In this document: piece by piece, positions 1 to 12,701 of the stretch
How positions within the stretch are numbered: position 1 is the first letter of the stretch
Layout: each line of letters opens with the position of its first letter
DNA from: Mesotaenium endlicherianum
Taxonomy: Eukaryota
Direction of reading: 5' to 3'
Assembly: GCA_009602735.1 (NCBI GenBank)
Contig: WELA01002202.1
Coordinates: forward strand, 62,001-126,000
DNA: 64,000 bases
Made by a program: the position numbers and the translations under genes
Notes under the pieces: generated by a model
Database searches by the model: none
What the model was told of the DNA's origin: nothing
The model's input: only the letters and a program-made list of their open reading frames with translations

Positions 1-1362
1 CTGATGGCTCCTCCGGGTACCATTCGAATCCTAGTTAACACGTGTCGAGCCTGTGCCTGTGCATGTATGTGAGACGTAGTTTTGCAGGCAGGAGAGCTGC
101 AGGAGGCCGAGAGGGTCTATGGAGAAGCCCTTGCTGTGGGGACGATCTCAGGCGCTGTGTCTCTGGAGGCTTTGAAGGAGGCGGCTGCACTTCCAAGCAG
201 CTGACTGGATCTCCTTGTGAGACGGGTCCAGGTTGAGTCGGAAACCTCGTGAATCTGCCGCCATATGCGCACGTGCTATGTATTCGCCTTGGCACCGACG
301 ATAGTAGGTATTCTGGGGGAAGTGACATGGTTTGTCCAGCGTGTAGCCCGGGACAGCATTTCGGTTGGCGATTGATGCGTGATTGATGCATGGAGGCCAT
401 CATGTCACCCAAGCCTGTGGAGGATGTGAACTTATGTTACAGTTAATTGGGGTATTGGAGAACTCATAACCTGCCAGGTAGCATGGTGTGAAGCGCTTAT
501 CGGGAGAGCGGTAGAGCCAGGCTCGTTCGGGTATAGTTCTCGGTTTTGTACAATTTGCATTTCATTTGTTTTGTTGTTGTTCCACTGCTGATGGTCACAA
601 GCATGCTCAGAGCTTTGGCGCGGAATAAGTTTGTATCACATGTATCTCGAAAGGCCTTTTTGGAGACACATGAGTATGTTTTAGTGCTGTTCGCGGCACA
701 TGAGGTGTGCCGAGCCTGTGGGGGTCGCAACTAATAGGATCACTGGCTAATGAGTGTCTAAGCAACCGCACTAAACCCCAATGGCTGATCATAAGGAAAG
801 CGTACTGCCTGGGCCAAGTAAGGAAGGCCCAAGGGAAACTGTTGGTGAGAGATGTTCAGCAAACTGGAGCATCTTTGAGCAGGGATGCTCCAGACTCCAT
901 GTCCAGTAGAGTGAGGACCTCCTCTTCAAGACTGCTTCCCCTCAAGCTCAATCACCTTCAAGCCTTTTAGATGCACTGAGAAGGCACCTGGCAAGAGAAG
1001 GAGAGACTGAAGAGGGCAAATGCATTTGAGTTTACAAGGGTAGGGGTTGTGGCTTGCCACCTAGTGCAGCCAGGACCCCAAAAATGAAAAAGAACCTGAC
1101 CCGCAGACTAAGCTAACAAGGACCCAATTACTCCCCCCAAGCTGAGGCCTTGAGGCCGAGTCAGCTGCAATTGGGTCAGAACCAAGCGCCAATGGGAACG
1201 CAGCTAAGTGGAGGTGTGAAAATAACCGGCGTTACATGTCTCGCGAAGCAGCCTTTGGGCGGGGCAGTTCCGCTTCAACAAACGTAGCACGGGTGGTTGG
1301 CTGGAAAAGCGGCTATTGTGGGGTCATGTTCAAGTTGAAGGATGGGTAGATGGCAAGACAAA

Positions 1363-2015
1363 GGGCAAATTACCAAAATAGCCCCAAACTTCACATAATG
1401 AACCAGACCCAGCGCTGAACTTTCAAAGAATTCCAAAGTCGGACTCGCACATGCAGTCCTAGTCAACATTAGAACCAGCTGGCAAAGCTGGCGTGAGAAT
1501 GTATTCCACGCGAAAATTGGCCTGAGAAAACATTTTTGCCCTTTTCGCATAAACCTGAACCTAAAAACCTTTTTCACGATAAATACTTGTGACTACTTAT
1601 AACCTGCTTAAAAATATATGGCAATATTTAAGATCCTTGCCAGCCCTAACAAAAAGAAAGTTACACAAAGTCCTGGCGGGCCGGGCCTGTTGGGGCAGGG
1701 AGTTGACGGGAATTGATTCTTTCGCGATTTCAGGAGGGGGGGCCGAATAGCATGGGAAAAACCATCCGCGACCATGGATTGGGCTGTATATACATATGTC
1801 GTGACGTCTACACTGAAAATAATATCTTCGGAATTGAGAAACTATTTAATATTTTCCGCATCACCTTCTCATTCTCAGATCTACAACAGAAAGGCTTGTC
1901 ATGTTAGTTTTCGCGTGGAATACACTCTCATGCCGGGTTTGCCAGCTGGTTCTGATGTTGACTAGGACTGCATGTGCGAGTTCGACGTTGGAATTTTTAG
2001 AAAGTTCAGCGCTAT
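1363..2015. mobile_element. Mutator-like (MULE) MITE, left part; right TIR split by element A
   Basis: 1411-1516 is the reverse complement of 1907-2013. The rest of the left TIR (1363-1410, GGGCAAATTACCAAAATAG...) matches the reverse complement of 39998-40044. 9-bp flanking duplication CAAGACAAA (1354-1362) / TAAGACAAA (40045-40053). Confidence 0.8.
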
Positions 2016-3258
2016 TGTCGCGACTACTATCCATTTGACGGCGTCACACGCGTAACACAAGTTACGACCGCCCAGGTACGATAGTCAACGCTGACCACAG
2101 GTCCATTAAACGACCACCGACAGATCAGCCTTGGCATAGGACACATGCAGATTGAAAAATAGATTGACCCCGACCCTCAAGGGTGAAGCGGGGATTGACA
2201 ACCCAGTCAGCTGGACAGCTGACCAAGCCAAGGCCGCAAGGTTGTACGGCTCAGCTGAGAAGCTGACATGGTCAAGTAACCATGTGAAGACACCCAGTCA
2301 GCCGTAAATCTGACTGTGCTGCAGACATGCAGGCGTCATAAGGAGCACAAGTGCTGACTGGACGGCGCTCTCAGTCGCTGGACTTGGGCCGAGGCTGCCA
2401 CGACTGAAGCAACCAGCCAAAGAGCGTGGGTCGCTAACGTCACACAGCCTTGCATGCTAATTGAGGAGCTAAGACGACCGAGCGGTAAGCTCGAGGTTAC
2501 ATGCATGACTCGGGTGGAAGAAGACGCGGCATGGAAACTCTCGAGGGAGAGAATCCCGCATGCGTGGTGCTGGATAAGGCACGAGGGTTGCACGCACCCG
2601 CCTCATTCTTGCCACCCACATTTGCAAGTGAAGCAGAAGGAGCGCAAGAGAGAGAGAAAGAGAGAAGGAAGAGAAGGGCGCGAAGAAGAAGAAGTTCCCA
2701 AGGCCATAGGAGAGCCTAGGAGGCACGCTCCAGCCGACGCTCAAAAATTTCCCTCTTTGTGTATCATAGATAAGTTAGGAGTAAGGAGATCCCAAGGGGA
2801 ATCTCTGATAGCCAGAAGCGAGAGCTTACATAATACAATCTGCTAGGAGTTCTAGCACAAAAGTCCACAGGTGTGCGAGAACACATAAAATAGTGAGTGC
2901 TGTGTTAGTTTCCAAGTTCTCAGAAGTCTCAATTGTTGAATTGCTGTTAGCAAGAGCAGAATTAGCATTTGAAGCTCTCAGTGAAGAACTGAGTGAGCTT
3001 AGTCAGCAGTGAAAACCGCTAAGGCAAGGCGTTGGGCAAAGAGCTAAACTCAAGCCGGCAGTAGAGTCATAAGTTCCGAGTTTTGTAAGCTGTGACTTTG
3101 TGAAGTTAAGCAAAAGCCTGAAAGGCGACTGTCTCTGAAACATTGATATTGCTGGTGCTAATCTGCTTAGATGTGATTTTTGCAAATTACAATGTATTCA
3201 CTTGGTAAAGCCATCAACTTGGGCAAAAGGCTATTTGGAAGTAAGGCACTTCTGTCCT
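2016..3258 (+). repeat. Terminal repeat segment Y, copy 1 (element A 5' end)
   Basis: Colinear direct repeat of 38441-39650; starts TGTCGCG. Confidence 0.9.
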
Positions 3259-3279
3259 ACTTCTGAGAACTTCAATTGA

Positions 3280-5008
3280 TTGGTTCAGGTGAATATGAAT
3301 TCCCAAGCGAATTGGGGATTGAGGCTTGTGAAGGCTGCCGGTGTTCATCCTGGAAGGGGACAGAGAGAAATTCAACTGTATGTGCAGTCGAGGAGTGGAA
3401 GGATATATCATCTTGTGGAGCCCGTGGAAGGCTCTGACTCCAGCCAAAGTTTACAAAGGAGTGAGACATCTGAGCAAGCTGATAATTCATGGAGAGAGCT
3501 TCCGTCGGAAGAACAAGTTGCAACACACCTCTACAAACGACGAGACTCCATATAACGCACGTATCTTTGCACCTGGTTTGGGCAAGGAACAAAGCACACA
3601 GGAAAAAGTCAGTGAGTGCTGGTCACCCTTTGAGATGACTAGCAAGGGATGAAAATCCTAAGTTCAAGCTGTCCACAAAGTGTTTCAGTGGACGAATCGA
3701 CAAAAATAGTCTCACTTTCAAAGAGTTTGATGAGATCTATTGGGCGGATTTCTTTGAAAATATTCAAAAGGATGCTTCATACGTCCAGTCTGTTGCATCC
3801 ATAAGCCTGGTTCAGTACTTGGACAAGGATGCCTTGCTACTCTATCGCCGATTCCGGAAGGATGAGAGCCTTACTTAGGAATGGGCATTTGGAGAGCAAA
3901 AGAAGGCAAGGGAGTTGAAAATCCAAAAATAGACGCTGCGAAAGCCCGGTTGTCCACTTTGCCGTCAGGAAGAGCAGCTCTTGCCAAACTTGTCGAGAGC
4001 ATAGACCTAGCTGCACTAACAGATGAACTCACAGAGGCCATGCGACATCTCACAGAAGGCTAGCAGAGAGCGGCTCGACGTGATGATGATGATGCTGGGT
4101 CCGTCGTAGAATTGCAAAGAGTATGTGTGAATCTGTCTGAAAAGATTGCGAATGCTCAGAAACAAGTAACACGCAGAGCTGCACCACTTAATGGGCAGCA
4201 AAGTGATAGTGCTGCTACCGAGGCTAGTCAAGCGAAAGCTCTGGCTAGTTGTTGAAGGGATATGGGAGCTGGGGATGACCAGCTGGACCTTGAGCACTGT
4301 CTGCGTCGTTTCTTTAAACTGCTTGAGCAAAAGTTTCTGGAAGACCGCAGTCTGAAAGTGCACTGTTATGTGCACTTTGTTCGTCAAAAGAACAAGACAG
4401 TTATGGAAGTCAAGTCCAGACTGGTGGATCTTACCAAGAAGGCAGGAATCTATGACCCCAGGATTGTGGCTGACAAATTTCTATTGTGCTTGGGCAAGGA
4501 AACAGGTCGTGAAGTCAGGCCACATCTTTTTCCAAGGCGCGGAATTGACTGGAACATCGACGAGGCTGTTGAAATAGCACGCAATGTCAAAGAAGGTAAA
4601 TTCTGGTACAAGGAGGCTTCCAGGACGCTTATAGCTCCTAAGAAAAATGAGAAATCCTCTCCTCCTAAGACCAATAGCTCTAATTTTCAGTTTAAGAAAA
4701 AGAGCGGGTCTTTCAAAAGGTTTGCTAAGCACGCCACCACTGCTGAGGCAGCAGAAGGTTGTTGGAATTGCGGGAAGTCAAGAAATCAGAAGAGAGATTG
4801 TCCGTACCCAGATGCTAAGCAACTATCTGCTAGCAAGGCGCAGGTATGCGCCCATTGCAGCAAAAAGGGACACTCAGAAGATGAGTGTTGGTCTAAGAAC
4901 CCAAATCTAAAGCCACCTTGGGCTAATACTGCCACGAAAGAGGCAGATACATTGAAAAAGAAAGAAAAGGATAACACTGGCAACCAAATGGGCAAACCGG
5001 AAGTTTGA
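3280..5008 (+). pseudogene. gag: Element A gag (stops and frameshifts)
   Basis: Zn knuckles CWNCGKSRNQKRDC (degenerate) and CAHCSKKGHSEDEC in ORF 4262-5008; upstream fragments directly follow the terminal repeat. Confidence 0.75.
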
Positions 5009-5012
5009 TGCC

Positions 5013-5966
5013 ATGAGTGTCGAAATAGCAGAGCTGAAAGCTCAATTTGCAAGGCTAAACGCGCCTAATGTCTATTATGATGCAAATATGGCCGAGAGAG
5101 CCGTCTGCAAAGGCGAGAAGTTGATGCTCGAGAAAGTAATGGCCAGTGAGCATGCGGATCATGACCGTCTGGTATCAAGGAATGCTGGGAAGCTTTCTCA
5201 TACCTTTTGGATCACTTTGGATGAGGATGAGATTGCACATTTATGCCACGCAAAGATTGGGTCGCGCAAGACCTTCAGTTTCTCGTTGGATAAGCTGAAA
5301 GCTCCGGTGGAACACCGGATTCAGCATACTCCTACAATCTCTGTGGCTATTTTGCAAATCGCATCCTCTTTCACGGTCAAAGAGGCCGAGTAGCAGCTGA
5401 ATATTGCCGAGGAAGGTGCAAATGGCGCCTCATTGCCGACAAATTTCAGCACTGTGAGGGTGCAGAATAAGGAAGGTGCGCTGAAGTTCAACAACTGGCC
5501 TGCCCCCAACATTTTGTTGGATACAGGTGCACGACCAATTATCCTGGGAAGACGAGCCGTGAAGGCCCTGGGATTGACTGCGAGGGACCCAAAAGAGAGT
5601 CCTTTCTAGTTGAGGACTGCATCAGGGCAAATCACCAAGTCTTGCGGGGTCACACGCAAGCCAGTGAGAATCACAGTTAACTCGAGGAAACTCAAGAAGG
5701 CGTCATTGTGGATTGAATGCACAGTGACGGAGGCCAAGAACTATGACGTGTTGTTAGGGACAGAAGCTCTGATCCCTCTAGGCATGGTTATTGATCTGCG
5801 GAAGCAAAAAGTAACCAACCAGCAAACTGATAGGCAACCAGCAGGCAAAATTCTTGTAAAAATGGTGTGCCACAGTGAGGCAAGTTACGAAATCCTGGAC
5901 TGTTGCGCCACAACCGAGTACCCAAAACTCTATGACATGCTGATGAAGAAGGAGGAGACAAAATAA
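5013..5966 (+). pseudogene. Element A aspartic protease region
   Basis: ILLDTGARPIILG at ~5511-5549 and YDVLLGTEAL in ORF 5610-5966. Confidence 0.85.
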
Positions 5967-6162
5967 TCCAGTCTTAACATGCCACTACCCTTGATCTGGC
6001 AGCCAGACAGGATGGTACAGCTAGAAGCAGTGAGGAACCTAGATCGTGGCTTGTAGGAGCTACTACCCGTACCTTATCCGGTTACTTCAGCACTGAACTT
6101 GATGCCAGGGGTGGAGCCAATATCTCAAGCAACTGTCAGGATGGAGAATTTGAGAGACTGGA

Positions 6163-7216
6163 GTGACGGTGCTGGATCTATTTGGAGGAGTGGGATCGGG
6201 CACTATTGCGCTGATCCAAAGAGGCATCAAGGTATCAAAGATCCTTTATGTGGATAATGATGAAGACGCTTTTCGCGCTTTTCAGGAAGCAATGGGCCAA
6301 TTGCAAACAATGTGTCATTTTCAGAACTTGGCTCCTATATCATGCAGCAGGTGGAGCGCATGGCTGATGGATGCATTATGAACGTCAAGATGGAAAGCTT
6401 GCACCCATACCAAATTGATTCGGTGTTTGGCGGATTTCCTTGCCAGCCATTCTCTCAAGCTGGAAGCCGAAATGGCTTCAGCGATCACCGAACGCAACAC
6501 TGGGGAAAGATGGTGAAAATTATCCAGTCACTGCAGAAGCAACAGCGACAGAACCCACCAGTGAACGTGATTAAGAATGTGCATCCAGGATTGGACTATA
6601 AGGAGATGAAGCCCGGAGCCCCGTGGCTGATTTTTATTTTACTTTGAAGCATCATGTTCTATTCAACGATGCAAGGCACGGAGGATTGTCTCAACAAACC
6701 CGGATATTCTGGACGAATGGTGTGCCCATCAAACATTTGAGAGTTATGGAGACAATTTTACAACAACCCTCCAACGCAAGAAGCGTGGGAGAAGTAATGG
6801 GAGTAATCACCAAACCAGTACACATAAGAGATACATACTCGCAATTTAGTATCAATGAGCCGAGACAACTAAGAGTGGTTCTACCTACCTTCACAGCTTA
6901 CCCAGAGTCACGTGCTTTCACAAAAGGAGGAGCTGGAATGGTAAGAGATCTCGCTGCAGACTCTCTTTGGCGAGAACCATGGGCTATGGAGAAGGGAAAT
7001 TGTTTGGGACTCCCAGACATGATTGTGATCAACGTCATCAAAAGACTGGGAAGGACTGGCGCAGCCAAGGTGTTTGGCAACATGATTGGGCAACACACTA
7101 TGACTTGGTTGCTGGAGACCATTATGACTTGGCAACAAATGACTTTTGCCAACAGGCCCATGCCCAGGACCTTGACGGTGATGTGCGGAAGGTGGGTGGT
7201 GCCTACTTCAGACTAG
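6163..7216 (+). pseudogene. C5 DNA cytosine methyltransferase domain inside the element A polyprotein (two frameshifts)
   Basis: Motif I VLDLFGGVG; motif II YVDND; motif IV FGGFPCQPFSQAG (PC at 6438-6443); motif VI IKNV (ENV-like); motif VIII QTRIFWTN; motif IX REPWAMEKGNCLGLP; motif X FGNM. Canonical order. Confidence 0.92.
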
Positions 7217-7451
7217 AGGGTGGAACGGAATGTTCGGCAACGCCGGCACATAACTCCTATACGCAAAAATGCAGCTGGAGAACCCAGAGGTACCCACACA
7301 CCACTCAAAGAAGCCGGAATGGCTAAAGTGGGACGCTACCATGAATTGATTGAGCACATAGATAGGCGAATAGTTGTGGTTCTAGAAAGAGGCAATACGC
7401 CTATGGTCGAAGGAGTCCCCACCACTGAGGCTCCACCATCAGGCGAGGGAG

Positions 7452-8372
7452 CAGCTGTTCAAGCTCTGTAATAATTTGAGCTTTTTAGGCGTATTTGGGT
7501 CGTTTCCCAATTACCTAAAATACGTCATACTATTTATCATAAGTTATTTGATAAATGATTGCATGACATTGAATTGTTTGCCACACACGTGTGCCGATTA
7601 ATTCCCGGTCGATTGGCGAAACGACCGAGATACTATTGCAAAAAGCGTCGTAACGTAATTCGACTACTTCGCAAAAGTACGACATAATTATTCATAAAGT
7701 TACTTTGAATAATTATGAGATGATAATTTGATTAATCATTGTTTGATTAAGTTATTTTGATAGTCATTATTACAAATAATGGACAATCACAAATTTCGGA
7801 TTACGACTAGTTGTAATACGAAGAAACTGTCGTATCGTAATATACGAACAAACAGTCGTAAAGTCAAACGAAACGAAATATGCAAAGTCGCTTTGCATCC
7901 GAGCGAATTCGAATCCGCGACTTTTGTTTGAAACGTTCACACCTAACCGATTGGCCAAAGTAGCTTTTTAAACTACCGGTTCATGACGAAAGCATGTGTA
8001 CCCGACTTCGCGATCAATCGCGACTTTTTCGGAAAGTCGCGAGAACGCGAAAACGCCCGGTTGGCGCGAAACGGTTTTTCGGAAACTGTCGAAAAGTCTC
8101 CAAACGGCCAACTGCGCGTTTCGAGCATTCGGCCGAATGGGACACGTCCCTTCGACCGTTTTCGTTGAACATGAACCAGTGCCCTAGGTGGTGACTCGAA
8201 GCACTCCAGTGCCTCATGTTGTGCAGGTATAAATACCTGCATAGTCATTGTGAGTGCAACTCTCACAAGCACACATTCTACGTTAGTTTTCACTTTCGCT
8301 CATTCGAGTATTCGTCAATTTCCACAAGTATACAGATTTTCCTCCCACTTGAATCAAATATTCCTTGAATAC
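7452..8372. mobile_element. AT-rich insertion in element A, probable non-autonomous DNA transposon (hAT-like)
   Basis: Abrupt composition shift. Degenerate 8-bp duplication CGAGGGAG/CGAGGAAA. Imperfect TIR TGTTCAAG/CTTGAATA. Removal restores the flanking reading frame. Confidence 0.45.
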
Positions 8373-8793
8373 CGAGGAAAGATCCTCTCGAAAAGTAGAA
8401 ACGTCACAAGCTCCTCCTCCTGTGCCATCAGAATCAGAAACTGACGACGAGTCAGCCTCGCCACCTTGGCTAACAGAGGCACCAGCTGAGATGCTGAGAG
8501 GGTCACAGCCCAAAAGGGATAAAACGCCTACGCGTCCACAACCACCAAGACAGAAGGAAACTCCTCCAAGAGGAGAAGGTGGAAATTCTGATACAAACAC
8601 CAGTCCACGAGCAATCGGAAATGGACATTACAAGGAGGCAAGCTCAAGTAGCTGGGAAGCTAACCAACGCTGCCTATCATCTTCACCAGAACAAATGGTC
8701 AGATTGGACCCCATATTGGAGCCCGTCAAATGACCAAAATCGTTGTGAGCGTCCGTGCAATCTTGGTGAATGGGCCGAGGCAAGCAGCCAGAA

Positions 8794-9717
8794 GTCTGCC
8801 AACTTTGGAGGGTCTGGAAGGACTATATGCTTGGAATTGACTATCAAAAGGTACGATGAGGTGGAAGAAAAAGGGTATCAAGAGGACAAGACATAGATGA
8901 CTAATGTGGTACAGGCCAGTCCCTTATGGTCTGGACCTTCTTAAGATCAACACTAATGCCTTCCTTACTGACTATGTGTCCCAAGAATTCATTACTCTCC
9001 TTAAAGAAATCACACTTGGTCATCTTTGCATATAATTGATTCTTTCTTAGCGTGTCCATCACAGTCTTCAGTTGTTCAACATGCTCAGCTTGAGTATGAG
9101 AGAAAATTAGAATATCATCCAGAAAGACTTGCACAAACTTATCCAAGTAAGGTCGAAATGTCATTCATAGCACCCATGAAGGTGGCAAGAGCATTAGTCA
9201 GTCCTAACGGCATCACATTGAACTCATAGCATCCATATCGTGTGCGGAAAGCAGTCTTGTGTTCATCTCCTTCAGCAATTCTGATTTGATGATGACCACT
9301 CCCGATAGGTATCTTACTAAACACTTTAGCACCAAGCAGGGTTTCAAGCAAGTCCTCAATTCTGGGTAAAGCATACTTGTTATATATTGTACCCCTGTTA
9401 AGAGCTCCGTAATCCACACATATTCGCATACTGCCATCCTTTAAAAAAAAAAAAAAAAAAGGANNNNNNNNNNNNNNNNNNAAAAAAAAAAAAAAAAAAG
9501 ATGGGGGCACCATGAGGTGATGTACTGGAAGTAATATAACCATTTTCATCCAACTCTGCAATCTGTGTTCTTAACTCTTCACTCTCCACGTGAGACAACC
9601 CATACGTCTGCCAACTCTAGAGAGTCTGGAAGGACTATATGCCTAAATTGACTATCAAAACGTACGATGAGGTGGAAGAAAAAGGGCATCAAGAGGACAA
9701 CACAAAGATGACTAATG
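8794..9717 (+). repeat. ~113-bp direct duplication (8794-8906 / 9606-9717) flanking a filler fragment
   Basis: GTCTGCCAACT...GATGACTAATG present twice with scattered mismatches. Confidence 0.85.
8905..9607 (-). pseudogene. Family B reverse transcriptase fragment without LTRs
   Basis: [10 protein letters not shown] and MPLGLTNA motifs; closely matches 32118-32777; contains an N gap. Confidence 0.85.
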
Positions 9718-11056
9718 AAGAACGCCAAATGGCGACAGTCTGCTTAGCTGCTGGAAAAATTACTAGGCAAATTACGGATCAGCTGCTAGAAGCAGATGCT
9801 GATCGACACAAAGAAGAGCAGGCAAATCAAGTGGCGCACTCGCAGCAACATGCAATTGTCAACATGACCAACCTTGACACAAAAGATGACGGGGCACCGT
9901 CACCACTGGGAGTAGAGGAGCCAGTTGGAGCTGAGGCGGAAACGCCTACTGCGCCGAAATTCAATCTGGCGGAACTCGCAGATAAAGGGGACTTAGGGAA
10001 TAAGATTCCACGATTCCCTACTCTGACATTGGACCTTCAAAAGCTGCAAGAGCTCAGAACAAACCACTGGGTTGCTAACCAGTTAACGTTAGAGGGGCCC
10101 AACCCAGCAGACCTATATGAAGACTTGAAGACACCCACTGCTAGCATCACCGCACCCGAGCAGTTCATGTCTAGAAGGCGACAACAAAAACCAGAGGTGA
10201 GTGCATGTGTTGCCAAGATAGAAGCAGTTGACGGGAAGTCACTAGGCCATGCCAGCAGGCTCAGAAAAGTGGCTCGTGAGGGAAACGCACCATTCAGACG
10301 GATGCTGACCCGCTATCTCAAATATCGAGGGGAACCTTGCAGGGAAGGGGCTCCAAAACAAAACACCGTCCCACCAAAGCCTATCTTGGACATCCTGCAA
10401 AAGGAAGGGGAAGCCGGTCTCGTGCGCAGAGCTGACGCTTTGCTTTGGGGATATACAATCCCATGGTTACGCACCATTGGAACGTGGGAAGGAGCAAAAC
10501 TTGCCCCTCGGGCACCCACAACCATTGTGCAATAACTCACCGATTTGAGGACGGTGCAGCGCTTGGTGGAAGAAAATGCGGTGCGAAACAGGTTGACAAA
10601 TGTACAGGACATCGACTTGTGTCACGTGGCTCGACAGTCACACCACCATTTGGAGAAAATCCAGGGGTGACACTAGACCGCCTAACTACTTTGAAACGAC
10701 AATGGGGTTGGAACATTGACCCAAGGACGGCTACCCATGACGCTACAGGATGGCCAACAACCAACACATGATCACCAATTGAGGGTGGAGGAACGGGTAC
10801 CACCAGTTGGACCCCTCAAGACGAAGAAAGATTTCTACGCCAACCAATCAAGAGGCGGCTGAAGTTTGACTCGCATCACAAGAAACGCAGACCGCAAGGA
10901 AAAGGTAGAGAAACCAAGGGTAAGGCAATCAAGCCTAAGCCTTTGGAGGAGCAGGTTCATAAGTCTGTGACTCCACCACCAAGCAGTCAGGCTGAAAAGC
11001 CAGAGGGGAAGGGGGAGGATGAGAAACCTCCACCTAAAGCCCAAGAGTAGCAATTA

Positions 11057-11754
11057 TTGGATGCTTTTGCTAGAGAGAAGCAGCCGGAAGCTGAGACATT
11101 TGCCATTGGGAAAATGGTCTCTCTCCAGCAAAGAGCACAAATAGAAAGGCTGCTGAAAAAGCACCGCAAGGTGTTTGCTTTTACAAAAGAAATTGGCAAA
11201 ACCACTGCCAACGTGTGTGAAATCACACTAACTACAGATAAACCAGTTTGACTTGGGCAGCATAAGCTCAGTCAAACAGAGTGGGACTGTGTGGAGAAGA
11301 CCTGCCAAGAGCTGTAGAAGCTTGGAATGATTGAAAAATCAACCTCTATACATGGTGCTCCCACAGTGGTAGTCGCTAAGAAAGACGAGGATGGCAATTA
11401 CACCGCCACTCGCATGTGTGGAGATTACAGGAGGTTAAACCCCCATACAGAGCCACATAGCTACGTGATGCCCACACCAGAGCGGATCTTCTCTATTGCT
11501 ACCATCGGGAAGGTGTTCAGCATCATTGATTTGCACCAAGGCTTCAACTAGATCCCTGTGAAAACAGAATATCAAGGTAAGACTGCTTTCTGGGCTCAAA
11601 GGGAATTATGGCAATGGACATTAATGCCTTTTGGGTTGAGATATGCCCCTGCTATGGACAAAGTGCTGGAGGGGCTGGACTTTGCAAAACCATACATTGA
11701 TGATGTTGTGATATTTAGTCAGTCAGTCGAGCAACACCTCGAGCACTTGGAAAA
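11057..11754 (+). pseudogene. Element A reverse transcriptase, N-terminal part
   Basis: RMCGDYRRLN, IDLHQGFN, MPFGL, YIDDVVIFS; the frame resumes at 35753. Confidence 0.9.
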
Positions 11755-12470
11755 TGAAATGAATCGACTTACCAAATTGGCAATTAACAAATAATAGAGA
11801 TCTTTATATTAGCAGTAATCTATATGGTATACTTTGTTTACTAATTCAAACAGCAAAGGACATCATGCTAACGACACATAGTATTCTGAAGTCAATGCGA
11901 GTAAATGAGCATCACTCATGCAATCGGTAAACTCATACATAAGCAAGGTTAGAAGACAGTTGGCATCGATGGCTTCTCGCCTTGGATTCAGATATTTCTC
12001 AGTAAGCTATACAAGAGAGTTGGCCTCGTTTTCGAATGCTGAACTCGAGAGCGATCCTAGCATATGTACGTGGACTGAGTTCACTGTTCAACACCAAGTG
12101 CGATGGCACCGCCTACCCGGGAGTTAACCACGTTGGTAGGACCTCAATTAACCAGATCCACCGCCATCTCCCATCATCCCAAATTGCCATCCATCCTAGA
12201 GATGTCATCTGGCCATTCATCTAGCATATCACACTTAGATGCATATCTAGGCAGTTCGTTGCTACCGAGTACGGAAGTCAGCTGGCTGTCAAAGAATGTG
12301 TCAGCAAGTTGATCTAAGTTGACTTAAGCCTGCTGCTCTCGGCGGAGTCATTAAAGTGATAAGTATATAAAGTCCAGCAGATTAAATATTGACTGAAGTC
12401 AGCAGGCTGAACTTAATTAGCTATTATACATCAATGCATATTATGTCTACCGATATACTGATTCATTACA
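11755..12470 (-). repeat. B1 3' LTR
   Basis: TG...CA ends; homologous to other B LTRs; PPT complement ATCCCTCCAACT adjacent. Confidence 0.9.
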
Positions 12471-12701
12471 ATCCCTCCAACTTCTATTGTTGTCGCCTCG
12501 ACAACATTAAATTGTAAAATTATGTGGTCAGGGAACTAATAGAACTAATCCTCCTCCGCCTGCCTCTTGTTTCAACACTGTTGTCTAGCTGTGGGGATCA
12601 CTAGTGACAATGAACTGTCACCTCCACCCTCACTCCACTTCCGTTGTGGGGTGCAACAGAGAGACCTCCAGCAAGGCTTGACAGAAGGATGGTTTTGATG
12701 T

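Larger units (their letters stand above)
8373..11056 (+). pseudogene. Unassigned coding region of element A between DNMT and RT (includes ORF 9639-10535)
   Basis: Successive + strand ORF fragments with coding-like composition; no motif recognised. Confidence 0.45.

Noticed and set aside
1..1353. Short ORFs and a PBS-like TGGCGCTTGG on the minus strand (~1181-1191)
   Set aside because: No recognisable domain or partner LTR in the window; left unannotated.
2336..2846. ORFs within repeat Y and antisense ORFs over gag/pol
   Set aside because: Frames differ between the two Y copies; antisense ORFs are shadows of coding strands.
6163..7216. Host DNMT gene or bacterial restriction-modification contaminant
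   Set aside because: It lies between retroelement protease and RT on the same strand, decays like its flanks, and has no partner endonuclease.
9443..9500. Poly(A) tail of a retroposed insert
   Set aside because: Flanks an N gap at a position where the source sequence already has homopolymer runs.
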